Assembly: GCF_009914755.1 (NCBI RefSeq)
Contig: NC_060936.1
Source of the DNA: the human T2T-CHM13v2.0 reference genome, Homo sapiens
Reading direction: 5' to 3' (one strand)
DNA: 64,000 bases
The notes below the pieces were generated by a model. The model did not search any database, was not told the origin of the DNA, and worked only from the letters and a program-made list of their open reading frames with translations. Made by a program: the position numbers and the translations under genes. Below are positions 50,410-64,000 of the stretch, piece after piece; within the stretch, counting starts at the first letter, position 1; the number at the start of each line of letters is the position of its first letter.

Positions 50410-53400
50410 TTTTAAAATGTTTTATTTCCATAGGTTATTGGGGAACAGGTGGTGTTTGGTTACATGAGTAAGTTCTTTAGTGGTGATTTGTGAGATTTTG
50501 GTGCACCCATCACTCGAGCAGTATATACAGCACCCAGTTTGTAGTCTTTTATCCCTCACCTCCTCCCCACCCTTTCCCCCTGAGTCCTCAAAGTCCATTG
50601 TATCATTCCTATGTCTTTGCATCCTCATAGCTTAGCTCCCTCTTATAAGTGAGAACATATGTTTGGTTTTCCACTCCTGAGTTGCTTCACTTAGAATAAC
50701 ACTCTCCAATCTCATCCAGGTCACTGTGAATGCCATTAACTAATTCCTTTTTATGGCTGGGTAGTATTCCATCATATATATACACATATATATATATTCC
50801 ATCATATATATATACACATCATGTATATCATATATATCATATATATGGTGCATATATATGGTATCATATATATGGTGCATATATATGGTATCATATATAT
50901 GATATATAGTGTGTATATATGGTATATATATCATATATGTGGTGTATATATATATATACACACACACATATATTCCACAGTTTCTTTATCCACTCATTGA
51001 TTGATGGGCATTTGGGTTGGTTCCACATTCTTGCAATTGTGAATTGTGCTCCTATAAACATGTATGTGCAAGGATCTATTTCATATAATGACTTCTTTTC
51101 CTCTAGGTAGATACCCAGTAGTGGGATTGCTGGATCAAATGGTAGTTCTACTTTCAGTTCTTTAAGGAATCTCCACACTGCTTTCCATAGAGGTTATACT
51201 AGTTTACATTCCCACCAGCAGTATGGAAGTGTTCCCCATTCACCACATCCACACCAGCATCTTTTTTTAGTTATCATTATGGCCGTTCTTGCAGGAGTAA
51301 GGTGGTATCAAATTGTGGTTTTGATTTGCGTTTCCATGATCAGTAGTGATGTTGAGCATTTTTTCATATGTTTATTGGCCATTTGTATATCTTCTTTTGA
51401 GAATTGTCTATTCATGTCCTTAGCCCACTTTTTGATAGGATTGTTTGTTTTTTTCTTGCTGATTTGTTTGAGTTCATTGTAGATTCTGGATATTATTCCT
51501 TTTGTCAGATGTATAGATTGTGAAGATTTTTCTGTCATTCTGTGGGTTGTCTGTTTACTCTGCTGTCTATTCCTTTTGCCATGCAAAAGCTCTTTAATTA
51601 AGTCCTAGCTATTTCGTTTTTTGTTTTTGTTTTTGTTTTTTTGCATTTGCTTTTGGGTCCTTGGTCAAGAAATCCTTGCCTAAGCCAATGTCTAGAAAGG
51701 TTTTTTCAATGTTATCTTTTATAATTTTTATAGCTTCAGGTCTTACATTTGAGTCCTTTATCCATCTTGAGTTGATTTTCATACAAGGTGAGAGATGAGG
51801 ATCCAGTTTCATTCTCCTACATGTGGCTTGCCAATTATCCCAGCACCATTTGTTGTAAAGGGTGTCCTTTCCCCACTTTATGCTTTTGCTTGCTTCGTCA
51901 AAGATCAGTTGGCTGTAAGTATTTGGGTTTATTTCTGGGCTCTCTGTTCTGTTCCACTGGTCTCTGTACCTATTTTTATACCAGTACCATGCTGTCTTGG
52001 TAAGTATGGTTTATAATATAGTTTGAAGTCAGGTAGGGTGATGCCTCCAGATTTGTTTTTTGTTTGTTGGTTTGTTTCTTTTTGGGTTTTGTTGTTGTTG
52101 TTGTTTCGTTTCTGGGGTTTTTTTGGCTTAGCCTTGCTTTCGCTATGCAGGTTCTTTTTGGGTTCCATATGAGTTTTAGGATGGCTTTTTTTCTAATTCT
52201 GTGAAGAATGATGCCGGTATTTTGACGGGAATTTGGCAGTATGATCATTTTCACATGGATTGATTCTACCCATCTATGAGCATGAGGTGTGTTTCCATTT
52301 ATTTGTGTCATCTGTGATTTCTTTCAGCAGTGTTTTGTAGTTTTCCTTGTAGAGGTCTTTCACCCCCTTGCTTAGGTATATTCCTAAGGTTTTGTTTTTG
52401 TTTCTGTTTTTTTGCAGCTTTTGTTAAAGGCGTTGAGTTCTTGATTTGATTCTCAGCTTGGTGGTTTTTAGTGTATAGAAGAGCTACTGACTTTTGTACA
52501 TTAATCCTGTATCCAGAAACGTTGCTGAATTCATAGATGACTTTCATTTCATTGAGGTATTTCCCTTATATGCCGATTTTGCTGAGAGTTTAATCATAAA
52601 GTGATGCTGGATTTTGTCGAATGCTTTTTCTTTGTCTATTGAGACGATCATGTGATTTTTGTTTTTAATTCTGTTTATGTGGTGTATCACATTAATTGAC
52701 TTGCATATGTTAAACCATCCCTGCACCCCTGGTATGAAACCCACTTGATCATGGTGAATTATCTTTTTGATATGTTGTTGGATTCGGTTAGCTAGTATTT
52801 TGCTAAAGATTTTAACGTTTATGTTCATCAGGGATATTGGTCAGTAGTTTTCTTTTTTGATTATGTTCTTTCCTGATTTTGGTATTAGGGTGATTTTAGC
52901 TTCATAGAATGATTTTGGGAAGGTTCCCTCTTTCTCCATTTTTGTGGAATAGTGTCAATAAGATTGGTACCAATTCTTCTTTGAATGTCTACTATAATTC
53001 TGCTGTGAATCCATCTGGTCTGGGACTTTTTTTGTTGGTAATTTTTAAATTATCATTTCAATCCCACTGCTTATTATTGATCTGTTCAGGATATCTAATT
53101 ATTTCTGATTTGAGCTACAAGGATTTTATCTTTCCAGGAATTTGTCTATCTCTTCTAGGTTTTCTATTTTATACATATAAAAGTGGTCATAGTAGCCTTG
53201 AATGATCTTTTCAAGGCTCACAAGTGTGGTGTCAGTTGCAATATCTCCAATTTCGTTTCTAATTGAGCTTATTTGGATTTTCTCTCCTTTTCTTGGTGAA
53301 TCTTGCTAATGGTCTATCAATAAAATTGATAGACCAATCTTTTCAAAGAAGCAGCTTTTTGTTTCAGTTATCTTTTGTTTTGTTTTTTGTTTGTTTCAGT

Positions 53401-55942
53401 TTATTTAGTTCTGCTCTGATCTTGGTTATTTCCTTTCTTCTGATTGGTTTGGGTTTGGTTTGTTCTTGTTTCTCTAGTTCCTTGAGGTGCGACCTTAGAT
53501 CATCTGTGCTTTTTCAGACTTTTTGATGTAGGCATTTAGGGCTATGAACTTTCCTCTTAGCACCGCCTTTGTTGTATCCCAGAGGTTTTGATAGGTTGTG
53601 TCACTATTGTCATTCAATTAGAAGAATTTTTTAATTTCCCTCTTGATTTCATTTTTGATCCAATGATCAGGAGCAGATTATTTAATTTCCATGTATTCAC
53701 ATGGTTTTCAAGTTTCCTTTTGGAATTTATTTCCAGTTTTTTTCCACTGTGGTCAGAAATAGTGCTTGATATAATTTCAACTGTCTTAAATCTATTGAGG
53801 CTCATTTTGTGGCCTATCATATGATCTGTCTTGGAGAAAGTTCCATGCACTGTTGAATAGAATTCATATTCTGCAGGTGTTGGGTAGAAAGTTCTGTAAA
53901 TATGTGTTAAGTCCATTTACAGAGTACAGTTTAAATCCATTGTTTCTTTGTTGACTTTCTGTCTTGATGACTTGTCTAGTGCTGTCGGTGGAGTATTGAA
54001 GTCCCCCACTATTATTGTGTTGCTGTCTATCTCATTTCTTAGGTCTGTTAGTAATTGTCTTTTACATTTTGGAGCTCCAGTGTTAGGTGCATATATATTT
54101 AGGATTGTGATATTTTCCTGTTGGACAAGTCCTTTCATCATTATATAATGCCCCTCTTTGTCTTTTTTAACTGCTCTTGCTTTAAAGTTTATTTTGTCTG
54201 ATAAAAGAATAGCTACTCCTGCTCACTTTTGGTGTCCATTGGCATGGAATGTCTTTTTCCACCCCTTCACCTTAAGTTTATGTGAGTCCTTATGTGTTAG
54301 GTGAGTCTCTTGAAGGCAGCAGATAGTTGGTTGGTGAGTTCTTATCTATTCTGCAGTTCTGTATCTTTTAAGTGGACCATTTAGGCCATTTACATTAAAT
54401 GTTAGTATTGAGATGTGTGGTACCATTCCATTCATCGTGCTATTCGTTGCCTGTATACCTTGGTTTTTTGGTTGTTTTTTTAACTTGGATTTTTGTTTTA
54501 TAGGTTCTGTGTGATTTATGCTTTAAAGAGGTTCTGTTTTGATGTGTTTTCAGGATTTGTTTCAAGATTTAGAGCTCCTTTTAGTAGTTCTTGTAGTGCT
54601 GGCTTTGTAGTGGTGAATTCTCTCAGCATTTGTTTGTCTGAAAAAGACCGTACCTTTCCTTCATTTATGAAGCTTAGTTTCACTGGATGCAAAATTCTTG
54701 GCTGATAATTGTTTTGTTTGAGGAGGCTGAAGATAGGGCCCCAATCCCTTCTAGCTTGTAGGGTTTCTCCTGAGAAATCTGCTGTTAACCTGATAGGCTT
54801 TCCTTTGTAAGTTACCTGATGTTTTTGCCTCACAGCTCTTAAGATTCTTTCCTTCCTCTTAACTTTAGAAAACCTGATGACAATATGCCTAGGCGATAAT
54901 CTTTTTGCAATGAATTTCCCAGGTGTTCTTTGAGCTTCTTATATTTGGCTGTCTAGGGCTCTAGCAAGGCCAGGGAAGTTTCCCTCAATTATTCCCCCTA
55001 ATATATTTTCCAAGCTTCTAGATTTCTCTTTTTCCTCAGAAATGCTGATTATTCTTAGGTTTGGTCATTTAACATAATCCCCAACTTCTTGGAGGCTTTG
55101 TTCATATTTTCTTATCCTGTTTTTCTTTGTCTTTGTTGGATTGGGTTAATTCGAAAATCTTGTCTTCAAGCTCTGAAGTTCTTTTTCTGCTTGTTCAATT
55201 CCATTGCTGAGACTTTGCAGAGCATTTTGCATTTCTATACGTGCATCCATTGTTTCCTGAAGTTTTGATTGTTTTTTATTTATGCTATCTATTTCATTGA
55301 CCATTTCTCTCTTCACTTCCTGTGTCATTTTTTTATTCCCTTAAATTAAGCTTTGCCTTTCTCTGGTGCCTCCCTGATTAGCTTAATAACTAACCTTCCA
55401 AATTCTTTTTCAGGTAAATCAGGGATTTCTTATTGGTTTGGATCCATTGCTGGTGAGCTAGTGTGATTTTTTGGGGGGTGTTAAAGAGCCTTGTTTTGTC
55501 ATATTACCAGAGTTGGTTTTCTGGTTCCTTCTTGTTTGGGTAGGCTCTGTCAGAGGGAAGGTCTAGGGCTCAAGGCTGTTGTTCAGATTCTTTTGCCCCA
55601 TGGGGTGTTCCCTTGATGTAGTACTCTCCCCCTTTTCCTATGGATGTGGCTTTCTGAGAGCCGAGCTGCAGTGATTGTTATCTGTCTTCTGGGTCTAGCC
55701 ACCCAGCAAGTCTACCAGGCTCCGGGCTGGTACTGGGGGTTGTCTGCACAGAGTCCTGTGATGTGAACCGTCTATGGGTCTCTTAGCCATGGATACCAGC
55801 ACCTGTTCCAGTGGAGGTGGCAGCGGGTAAAATGGACTCTGTGAGGGTTCTTAGCTTTGGTGGTTTAATGTTCTATTTGTGCGCTGGTTGGCCTCCTGCC
55901 GGGAGGTCGTACTTTCCAGGGAGCATCAGCTGTGGTAGTATC
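50410..55942 (-). mobile_element. Old L1 (L1PB-like), ~5.5 kb, disrupted ORF1/ORF2, partial 5'UTR
   Basis: ORF track fragments match L1 ORF1 (QVTYKGKPIRLTADFS), endonuclease (NIYAPNTGAP, IVGDFNTP, SDHSG) and RT/C-terminal regions ([34 protein letters not shown]); TSD tcaacacaa at 50399 and 55943. Confidence 0.93.
50770..50972. repeat. (TA)/(CA)-rich compound microsatellite within L1
   Basis: catatatata...ggtgcatatatatggtat repeats. Confidence 0.9.
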
Positions 55943-57429
55943 TCAACACAAATGTAACAGGACCTTCTTAATCCCCCTCTTTGGAGAAAGTACTTACTGA
56001 AACTAAAATCTTTTGTGTAAAGTACTCCTAATATTAAAACTAGTCAAAGATATACAATCATGCAAGTACGTTTGTGTAATAAAAAATGTGCTTGAGCAGC
56101 AACTGGAATGTAATCTTCCAGGATAATAGGTCCTTCAGTCTGGCTTGCTTATCAGTGAATGCCACATTCCATACACTGTTGAAATAAGAGGCCACGTTCC
56201 ACAACCAAAAAGAATACCAAGATTTTAAGAGTTTTTGGGCTTTCAGTTCTGAACTGCAAAGCAACCATATCCCATTGTACTGTTCAAAAAACTTTAAGTG
56301 TTTTAAAATTCCTCAAAAGACATCTGACATGGAAAATGGTATTATTATTGCTGCAATCATTTTAATATTTAGATAAATACAAGCATCTCCTAGAAAACCC
56401 TGGGGAAAAAAATCCTCCTACTCTATTCTACCTTTCTGTGCTATTTCCTGAAATGGGGAACCCCATTTTGGTATCTGTGAAGCCTGACATGAATTTGACA
56501 GCATTCCCAGGAATGGAATGATTTTTACGTTTGGGAAATAGAATGAAGACAAATGAAAAGAACTACATAATTCTTTCACGGTGAATAGGCTAAAAGCTGG
56601 CTTAACAGTATTCAAGGGTGTAAATGGTTAGTCTGAGAGAGAAGATAACAAGCTTAACTTCACTCCACTCAGGACAGGGTAAAAGAAAATGGACTTAAAG
56701 TTGCACAAGAAAAAGATGTATTGTGTATGCATAATTACATGCATAGACATATATTGGACACACACATATACATACACATAAATACATGCAGTCTTCATAA
56801 AGCCTTAGCGTATGTTATTTTCTTTGTCTGATATATCTTAAAGCTTAATAACTTAGTTTGGGCTTACAGTAGAAATAACCTATGCAGAAGTTCAGAAGTG
56901 AATTTATTAGACTCCAGAACAACCGTATTATATAGTTATAACAACAGATACTCATTGCAGGTCCTGTGACAAATAACACAAATGGCTGCCATAGACAAGA
57001 AGACAATAAGCAACTCTGGCTATGGAGTTAAATTTCGTGTCACTTTTAAGAAGAAAATTTCCTTGAATTTATATATATATATATAGCTTGTCATACCTAC
57101 AACCCAAGTTATTAAATTTTAAAAAGCTATAGCAGGGCATTAGGAAATACCTGTATATCTTTGTATAGAAGAGTATCATAATATAAATATCAAGTCTAAA
57201 AGCAAATAAAAGTTTGACAACTTTTATGTGCCCCCAGGGAATGTTTGTTTTGAAGCTTTTAATTTTAATCTTTGTTCAATAACCATGTCATTTCCTAAAA
57301 CTATTCGGTATATGGCACTTTTTCTTATATCCTCTTATTATAATACTTCCTCAACCTTCTTTGAAGGCTCTTCCTTCCCTCCACTCCCTTTAGATATTTA
57401 ACCTTTAAAGATAACTAGTTATGCTCCTA

Positions 57430-58025
57430 TGTGGATGGAGGTTGAGAAGCCCAGTGGGGAGGATAAATCATTCAAAAAGATGGAAGAGCCAGAGCAAAAA
57501 TACAGGAATATGGAACAATGTTAAATGTCTAGGGAAATGCAAATATTTGGGTATCGCTGAAGTACTGCTTCTTGTTTGGGAGAGAGGCAGTGTAGATGGG
57601 AACATGGTGCCAATCAATAGATAGGGCTATAGATATACAGGCTATGGAGGCCTTGTTTATCACATCCTGAGGTTTGGAGCTTCTCCTCTAGGCAATGGGC
57701 AGCTAACAATGGGTTTTAAGCACAGCAGTTGGGTCATAATATTCAGATTTAGAAAAGTCATTCTGGCAACAGTGTGCAGGATTTACTGGAGGGCAAAGAT
57801 GACCATAGGCAGAAAATACTATTTGAAGACTGATTTAAAGCAGTAATGGAGGAAATGGAAAAGAAGGTAGCTAGTCAAAAAGAAATTAAAAGGAAAGAAT
57901 CTATAGGACTTAGCACTAATTGAATGAGAAGTTAGGTGAGAGGGTAGAATCCAGGATGACTCTGAATGTTCTGAATCCAGAGGCCAGGTGTGTGATGGTA
58001 CCACGCATTGAGACATGGTACCCAA
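57430..58025 (-). mobile_element. L2 fragment
   Basis: taggcaatgggcagctaa...gggttttaagca...cagatttagaaaagtcattctggca. Confidence 0.7.
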
Positions 58026-58270
58026 AATAGGGAAACCTGTAGAGACAAAAAGTAGATTAGCTGTTCTTTATGGTTAGGTGAAGAGTGAATGGTGGGGATG
58101 GGGAGTGATAGCTAAAGGATATGGAGTTTCTTCTTGTGATGATAAAAAATATTCTAAATTGACTATAGTGATAGTTGCAGATATCTGTGAATATACCAAA
58201 AACCATAGAATTGTATAATTTCAGTGGGTGAATTGTATGACATGTGAATTATATCTTAAGCTGTTTTTTT
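58026..58270 (+). mobile_element. L1MB/ME 3' end
   Basis: agagacaaaaagtagattag...ggagtttctt...gatgataaaaaatattctaaattg...gggtgaattgtatgacatgtgaattatatct. Confidence 0.8.
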
Positions 58271-58274
58271 AAAA

Positions 58275-58566
58275 AGAGCAAAACAGATTTCCTAAGGAAG
58301 AAGAAATATCTTCCTCAGCAACTTCAGTTTCTGCCAGATAATTTCCAACATGTTGACATGCCCTGTAGATTTGGGACTTGCCGGCCCCCACAATCATGTA
58401 AGCTAATTCATTGAGATAGATAGATAGACAGATAGATAGATGGGATGACTGACAGATAGAACTATAGAGTGAGAGATTTAGATAGATAGATATTAATAGA
58501 TGAGATAGAGAGATTGATTGATTGATTTTTATATCTCTCACTGGTTCTCTTTCTCTGACTAATACA
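58275..58566 (+). mobile_element. MLT2-family (ERVL) LTR 3' part with internal (GATA)n
   Basis: gccctgtagatttgggacttgccggcccccacaatcatgtaagc...ctggttctctttctctgactaataca. Confidence 0.75.
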
Positions 58567-59918
58567 GATTTTGAAACTGGGAAGAGGAATGCTGCTGTAA
58601 TAAATACCTTAAAATGTGGGCAGTGATTTTGGAATTGGGTTACTGGTAGAGGCTGAAAGAATTTTGAGGTACTTGATAGAAAATCACAGATGGCCTAGCA
58701 GAGATTAATGGAAATACAGATGACAAGAATGCTTCTGGTGATGTCTCCAGAGAAAAGGAGGAACACGTTATTAGAAACTGGAGGAAAGGTGAACCTTGTG
58801 AAAAGTGGGAAGAAATTGGCTCACCTGTGTTCTATTACACTTTGGTAAAGTAGAACTTGTAAGAGATTAACTTTAATATTTAGTTGAGGACATTTCTAAG
58901 TAAAGTGTTGAAGTGCTGCTTAGTTTCTTCTTGTTGCTTATAGTAAAATGCAAAAGTAAAGAGATAAATTGAGGAAGCAAAAAGTTAAGCAAAAATGAAC
59001 CAGCACTTGATAATTTTGGAGGTTCTGATCCATAGAACAAAGGATGCTAAAATTAGAAAATTCGCTATTGAGAAATCCTCTTCCAGAGAGAAGGCCAAGT
59101 GTGCAACTTGAAAACCTTTTGCTAAAGAAATTAGGTATGTGATTCATGGATGCAATCAACCATGTTAGCAGAATCCAAGAATAAATATTAAGTTATCTAA
59201 GAAGAGAACCCTTTTGCTTGATGGTGTGGATCCCCGTGACACACACTGGAGGCTCACAGATGTTTAAGAATATTATACTAAAAGAAACATTATGAGGTTG
59301 GGCTGAAGGAGACTGAGACTGGACAAAATTTTAAAAGATTGTCAGACTCCTAAAAGTCTTCAGGCAGGAAATGGGCTTATAGAGCTATTCTGCTGCAAGC
59401 ATGTGCTATTCAAAAAAAAAAAAGGAAGAAAAACTCAAGAGCAAAAGTGCTATTGGCCCAGGGGCAAAGGGCAATGGAGCCACTGCCAAGGGCACAAAGC
59501 ACAGTGGAGCTGCCTGAGGCCACAAAGGATGATAAAGCCACAGGCACAGAGTGTGGAGCCACAAGCCACAGACAATTATTCTCAGGCCCTGCCAGATTTC
59601 AGATTTGCTTGGTACTGGTGACCCCTTAATTTCTTCCAATTTTTCTCTTTTGTAATAGAGTTGTTTATATTATACCCAACCCGCCATTGTATTTTGAAGG
59701 CAAACAACTGGTTTTCTAGGTTCACAGGTCCACATATGGACAGAAATTTTGCCCCAGGATAGATCAGACCCAGGATATTATCTATACCTGATTTAGACCA
59801 TAAGATTTTGGAATAATAGTTGACGCTTAATGGGTTGAGACTTTTGATAATGCTGGGATGTAGAAAATGTATTTTGTATGTGAGATAAACATGAATTTTG
59901 AGGGATCAGAGGGCAGAC
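58567..59918 (+). mobile_element. MLT1 internal region (ERVL-MaLR-int)
   Basis: gattttg...tgctgctgtaataaataccttaaaatgtgg...ttggaattggg...ggtagaggctg; ends in PPT ttttgagggatcagagggcagac. Confidence 0.8.
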
Positions 59919-60247
59919 TGTAATGGTTTGAATACTGTCCTCGCAAAAGATACATCTACCCAGAACCTGTAAATGTGACTTTGGAAAAAGGGTCTTTGCA
60001 GATATACTTAAGGACCTTGAAAAGAGATCATCCTGGATTAGGGCGGTCCCTAAATCCAGTGAAAACTTCTTGTAAGAGAAGAGAAGCGGAAACAGACACA
60101 GAGATACAAGGAAGAAGAACATGTGAATGAAGAAGCAGATTTTGGAATTGTGTTGTCACAAACCATGGAATACCTGGAATCACCAAAACCTGCAGAAGGC
60201 AAGTGAAGATTCCCTGCAGCCTTCAGATGGAGTGCGGCCCTGCAAAC

Positions 60248-62905
60248 CAGACATATCTCAGAGATATTGCAGATTCAGTTCCAGAAAACCAGAATGAAGT
60301 AAGTCACACAAAATTTTTTTCCTAGTGCATATAGAAGCTCTGTTTATACTGTACACTATTAGGTATGCAATAGCATTATGTCTAAAAATGTACATACCTA
60401 AGTTTAAAAAATACTTTACTGCCAAAAATGCTAATGATCATCTGAGCCTTCAGTGAATGATTATCTTTTTGCTGGTGGAAGGTTTTGCCTTAATGTTGAT
60501 AGCTGACTGATCATTGTTGCAGTTGCTGAAAGTAGAGGTGGCTGTGACAATTTCTTAAAATAAGACGACAATTAAGTTTGCTGCATTGATTGACTCTTTT
60601 TCATGAAAGAATTATCTGTAGTATGCGATGCTGTTTGATAGCATTTTACCTATAGTAGAACTTCTTTCAAAATTGGAGTCAATCCTCTCAAGCCCTGCCA
60701 TTGCTTTATCAACTAAAGTTTATGTAATATTCTAAGTCTTTTGTTGTAATTTTAACAACGTTCACAGCATCTTCACCAGGAGTAGATTCCACTTCAAGAA
60801 ACCACTTTCTTTGTTCATCCATAAGAAGCAACTCCTCATTCATTAAAGTTTTGTTATGAGATTGCAGCAATTTAGCCACATCTTCAGGCTCCACTTCTAA
60901 TTCTAGTTATCTTGATATTTATCTCTACCAAATGCAGTTTCTTCCTCTACTGAAGTCTTGAACTCTTCAAAGTCATTCATGAGGATGGAATCAACTTCTT
61001 CCAAACTCCTGTTAATGTTAATATCTTTACCTCCTACCATGAATCATGAATGTTCTTAATGGCATCTAGAATGGTAAATCCTTTTCAGAACATTTTCAAT
61101 TTACTTTTCCCAAATCCATCAGAGGAATTACTATTTATGGAAGCTATAGTTTTACAAAATTCATTGCTTAAATAATAAGACTTGAAAGTCAAAAGTACTC
61201 CTTGAGTCATGGGCTGCATAACAACATTAATCTCTTTGTACATCTCCATCAGAGTTCTTGGATGACTTGGTGCATTGTCAATGAGCAATATTTTGAAAGT
61301 AATCTTTTTTCTGAGCAGTAGGTCTCAACAGTGGACTTAAAATATTCAGTGAACCATGCTGTAAATGCAGGCTTTGTTGTTCCATTTACAGAGCATGGGC
61401 AGAGTATATTTAGCACAGTTGTTAAGAGGCCTAGGGTTTTCAGAATGGTCAAAGAGCATTGGCTCCAACTTAAAGGCAACAGTTCCGTAAACCCCTAACA
61501 AGAGTCAGCCTGTCCTTTGAAGTCAGCCATTAACTTTTCTGTTCTAGCTATGAAAGTTCTAGATTGCATCTTGTTCCAATAGAAACCTATTTTATCTTAA
61601 TTGAAAATCTATTGTTTAATGTGGCCATTTTCTTTCTTTTTTTTTTTTTAAGATGGAGTCTCACTCTGTCAACGAGGCTGGAGTGCATTGGCACAATCTC
61701 AGTTCACTGCAACCTCCACCTCCCGTCCCAGGTTCAAGTGATTCTCTTGCCTCAGCCTCCTGAGTAGCTGGGATTACAGGTGTGTGCCACCACATCTGGC
61801 TAATTTTTGTATTTTTTTGTAGAGATGGGATTTCACCATGTTGGCCAGGCTGACCTTGAACTCCTGAGCTCAAGTGATGCACCTGCCTCGGCCTCCCAAA
61901 GTGCTGGGATTACAGGAATGAACCACCATGCCCAGCCTAGTGTGGCCATTTTCATTCATTATCTTAGCTAGATCTTCTGGAGAATTTGCTGCAACTTCTC
62001 CAGCAAGATTTGCCACTTCACTGTGCACGATTACTTTATGAAGATGGGTTCTTTCCTTAGATCTCATGAACCAACCTCTGCTAGCTTCACACTTTTTTTC
62101 TGCACCCCCCTCATCTCTCTCAGCTTTTATAGAATTAAAGAGAGTTAGGGCTTTGCTCTATGTTAGGCTTTGGCTTAAGGAAATATTGTGGCTGGTTTGA
62201 TCTTTTATCCAGACCGCCAAAACTTTCTCCAACAATAAGGCTGTTTGACTTTATTATTAGTGTGTTCATGGAGTAGCACTTTTATTCTCCTCCAAGAACT
62301 TGCTCTTTGCATTCACAACCTGGCTAAATGTTTGGTGGAAGAGGCCTAGCTTTTGGTCTGTCTCAGCTTTTGACATGCCTTCCTCACCAAACTTTATTAT
62401 GTCTAGCTTTTAATATAAAGAGAAAGATGCACTATTCTCCCTTTCGCTTGAGCACTTACAGGCCATTGTAGGGCTAATAACTGGCCTGATTTTAATATTG
62501 TCATGTCTCAGGGAATAGGGAAGTCCAAGGAGAGAAAGAGAGGTGGGGAAAGAGCCTGACAGTGGAGCAGTTAGAACACACATAACATTTATTGATTACG
62601 TTTGCTATGTTCTATGTGAATGGTTTGTTGCACCCCAAAACAATTATAATAGTAACATTGTAATATTATATTACAATAGTAATATAATATTAGTGATCAC
62701 AGATCACTATAACAGCTATAATAATAATGAAAAAGTCTGAAATATCATGACTACAAAAATGTGACACAGAGACATGAAGTGAGCACGTATTATTGGAAAA
62801 ACAGCACCGATAGACTTGCAGGGTTGCCTCAAACCTACAATTTGTAAAAATTGCAATATCTGTGAAGCAGAATAAGGAGAAGCACAATGAAACAAGGTGT
62901 GCCTG
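60248..62905 (-). mobile_element. Tigger1 (TcMar-Tigger) with decayed pogo-like transposase
   Basis: TIR-like ends cagacatatctc / aggtgtgcctg|TA; - strand ORF pieces [27 protein letters not shown]. Confidence 0.92.
61633..61937 (-). mobile_element. Alu (Jb/early S-like) inserted in Tigger1
   Basis: TSD ta(a/g)tgtggccattttc at 61617-61632 and 61938-61953. Confidence 0.93.
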
Positions 62906-64000
62906 TACCTTAATTTCAGACCCCTGGGCTCCAGAACTGTAAAAAAATAAATTTCTATTGTTTAAGCCACCAAGTTTGTGGTAATTTGTTATGGCAGCCC
63001 TGGGAAACTAATACCCTTAGCAAGAATGAATTCTACTGCCAGCTCATACTCTTTATCCAGATCATCACTCATCTCTAATAACTTATATCTTGATGCTGAA
63101 TCCAATTCTCTGTCATAGATTTACCTCCGCATTGTGGAAAATTTATCCTCAAGTGTCCCATTGTCCTTTCCTTTAGTTGGAGCCATCCCATAGAACAGAC
63201 ATTATTTTATATATCTGAACCTCAGTAGGAGGACGGAGTGGTCAGAATACCTGCTGATTTTCTTCTAAGAGAATCCTCCACTGAATGTAAATTTGTGGAT
63301 GCAAGAGAGGCCTGCTGGAAAGAGTGCACCTAGTTCCAGATGCCAGAGCACCCAGACCCTGATAAACAGAGCAATATTCCAATCCCTGCAATATCTGAAT
63401 TCCAAAATATCCTGCTATATCACGATAAGGGTACTTAATTCTAAATGTATTTTAATTTATCTTTAACATATTATATTTATGATTACTGTAGGCCAGTGGT
63501 TTGGGTTGTAAACTTAAGACACAGCTTCTGTCTTCTGAGAATTAATAATCTACTTGGAAAATACCTACTTATTTTCATAATATTTATTTATAAATAAATA
63601 GAAATATAAATACATTAAATAGGATAAAATATACTAGGCATTGTTAAGCACATACACACCAAAACCTCTCTTGGTTATAATCTATAAGAACAAAATAGAT
63701 GTAGGTTTTAGTAGTTTCAAATATACCTTCTTATCCTATTGCACTTACTATTTGAGTTTCTTATTATATCAATATGTTACTTTTTAATAAATTAATCACC
63801 CTCTTTTAGAGGCAGAAGAATTAAGGTGATTATTATACTTAACATACGGCAATACGGGATCCATTTCATGGATCAGAATTGCGGCTTATTTAGCATAGTA
63901 TTTAACACAGCATGGGAAAGAGAATTGTCCTCTCTGACTTCAATCTCAAAGGTTTGGTATTTAGCTGAGCTTCATTTCAGAGCCGTTATGATTCTGTGAG

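Larger units (their letters stand above)
59919..63015 (+). mobile_element. MLT1B/C-like 3' LTR split by Tigger1 (59919-60247 and 62906-63015)
   Basis: tgtaatggtttgaat...aaagggtctttgcagat; resumes ccttaatttcagac...ccagaactgt...taagccaccaagtttgtggtaatttgttatggcagccctgggaaactaatac. Confidence 0.85.

Noticed and set aside
50891-55328. L1 ORF1/ORF2-like ORFs as genes
   Set aside because: Fragmented by stops, frameshifts and a deletion; inactive retroelement
60709-62067. Transposase-like ORFs as a domesticated TIGD gene
   Set aside because: Multiple frameshifts and an Alu insertion; decayed Tigger1

Overview
Primate (almost certainly human) genomic DNA with no intact protein-coding exon. I recognise the centre of the window, from memory of the mRNA leader ending ...GGCTTCTACAAACCAAG, as the 5' end of GRIN2B (NMDA receptor GluN2B) on the minus strand. 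A CpG-island promoter (~28.7-30.8 kb) carries non-coding leader exons at ~29756-30017 and 28344-28772, plus several alternative splice sites. Positions 1-28343 are the start of the long intron that precedes the first coding exon, which lies outside the window. Positions ~30.8-64 kb are upstream, repeat-rich DNA containing Alus, L2/MIR, a ~5.5-kb old L1, THE1/MLT LTRs, Tigger1, Tigger3 and a Zaphod-type hAT fossil. The most notable observations are: a leader with 8 upstream ATGs (7 uORFs, one stop/start overlap, one running off the exon); a multi-donor/acceptor leader architecture; an E-box + MEF2/TATA composite; a MaLR provirus apparently flanked by two different LTR families; a tail-less Alu replacing part of an L2; and an L1 missing its RT catalytic motif. 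I found no convincing new biological system. Repeat subfamily calls were made by eye and need RepeatMasker/Dfam confirmation.
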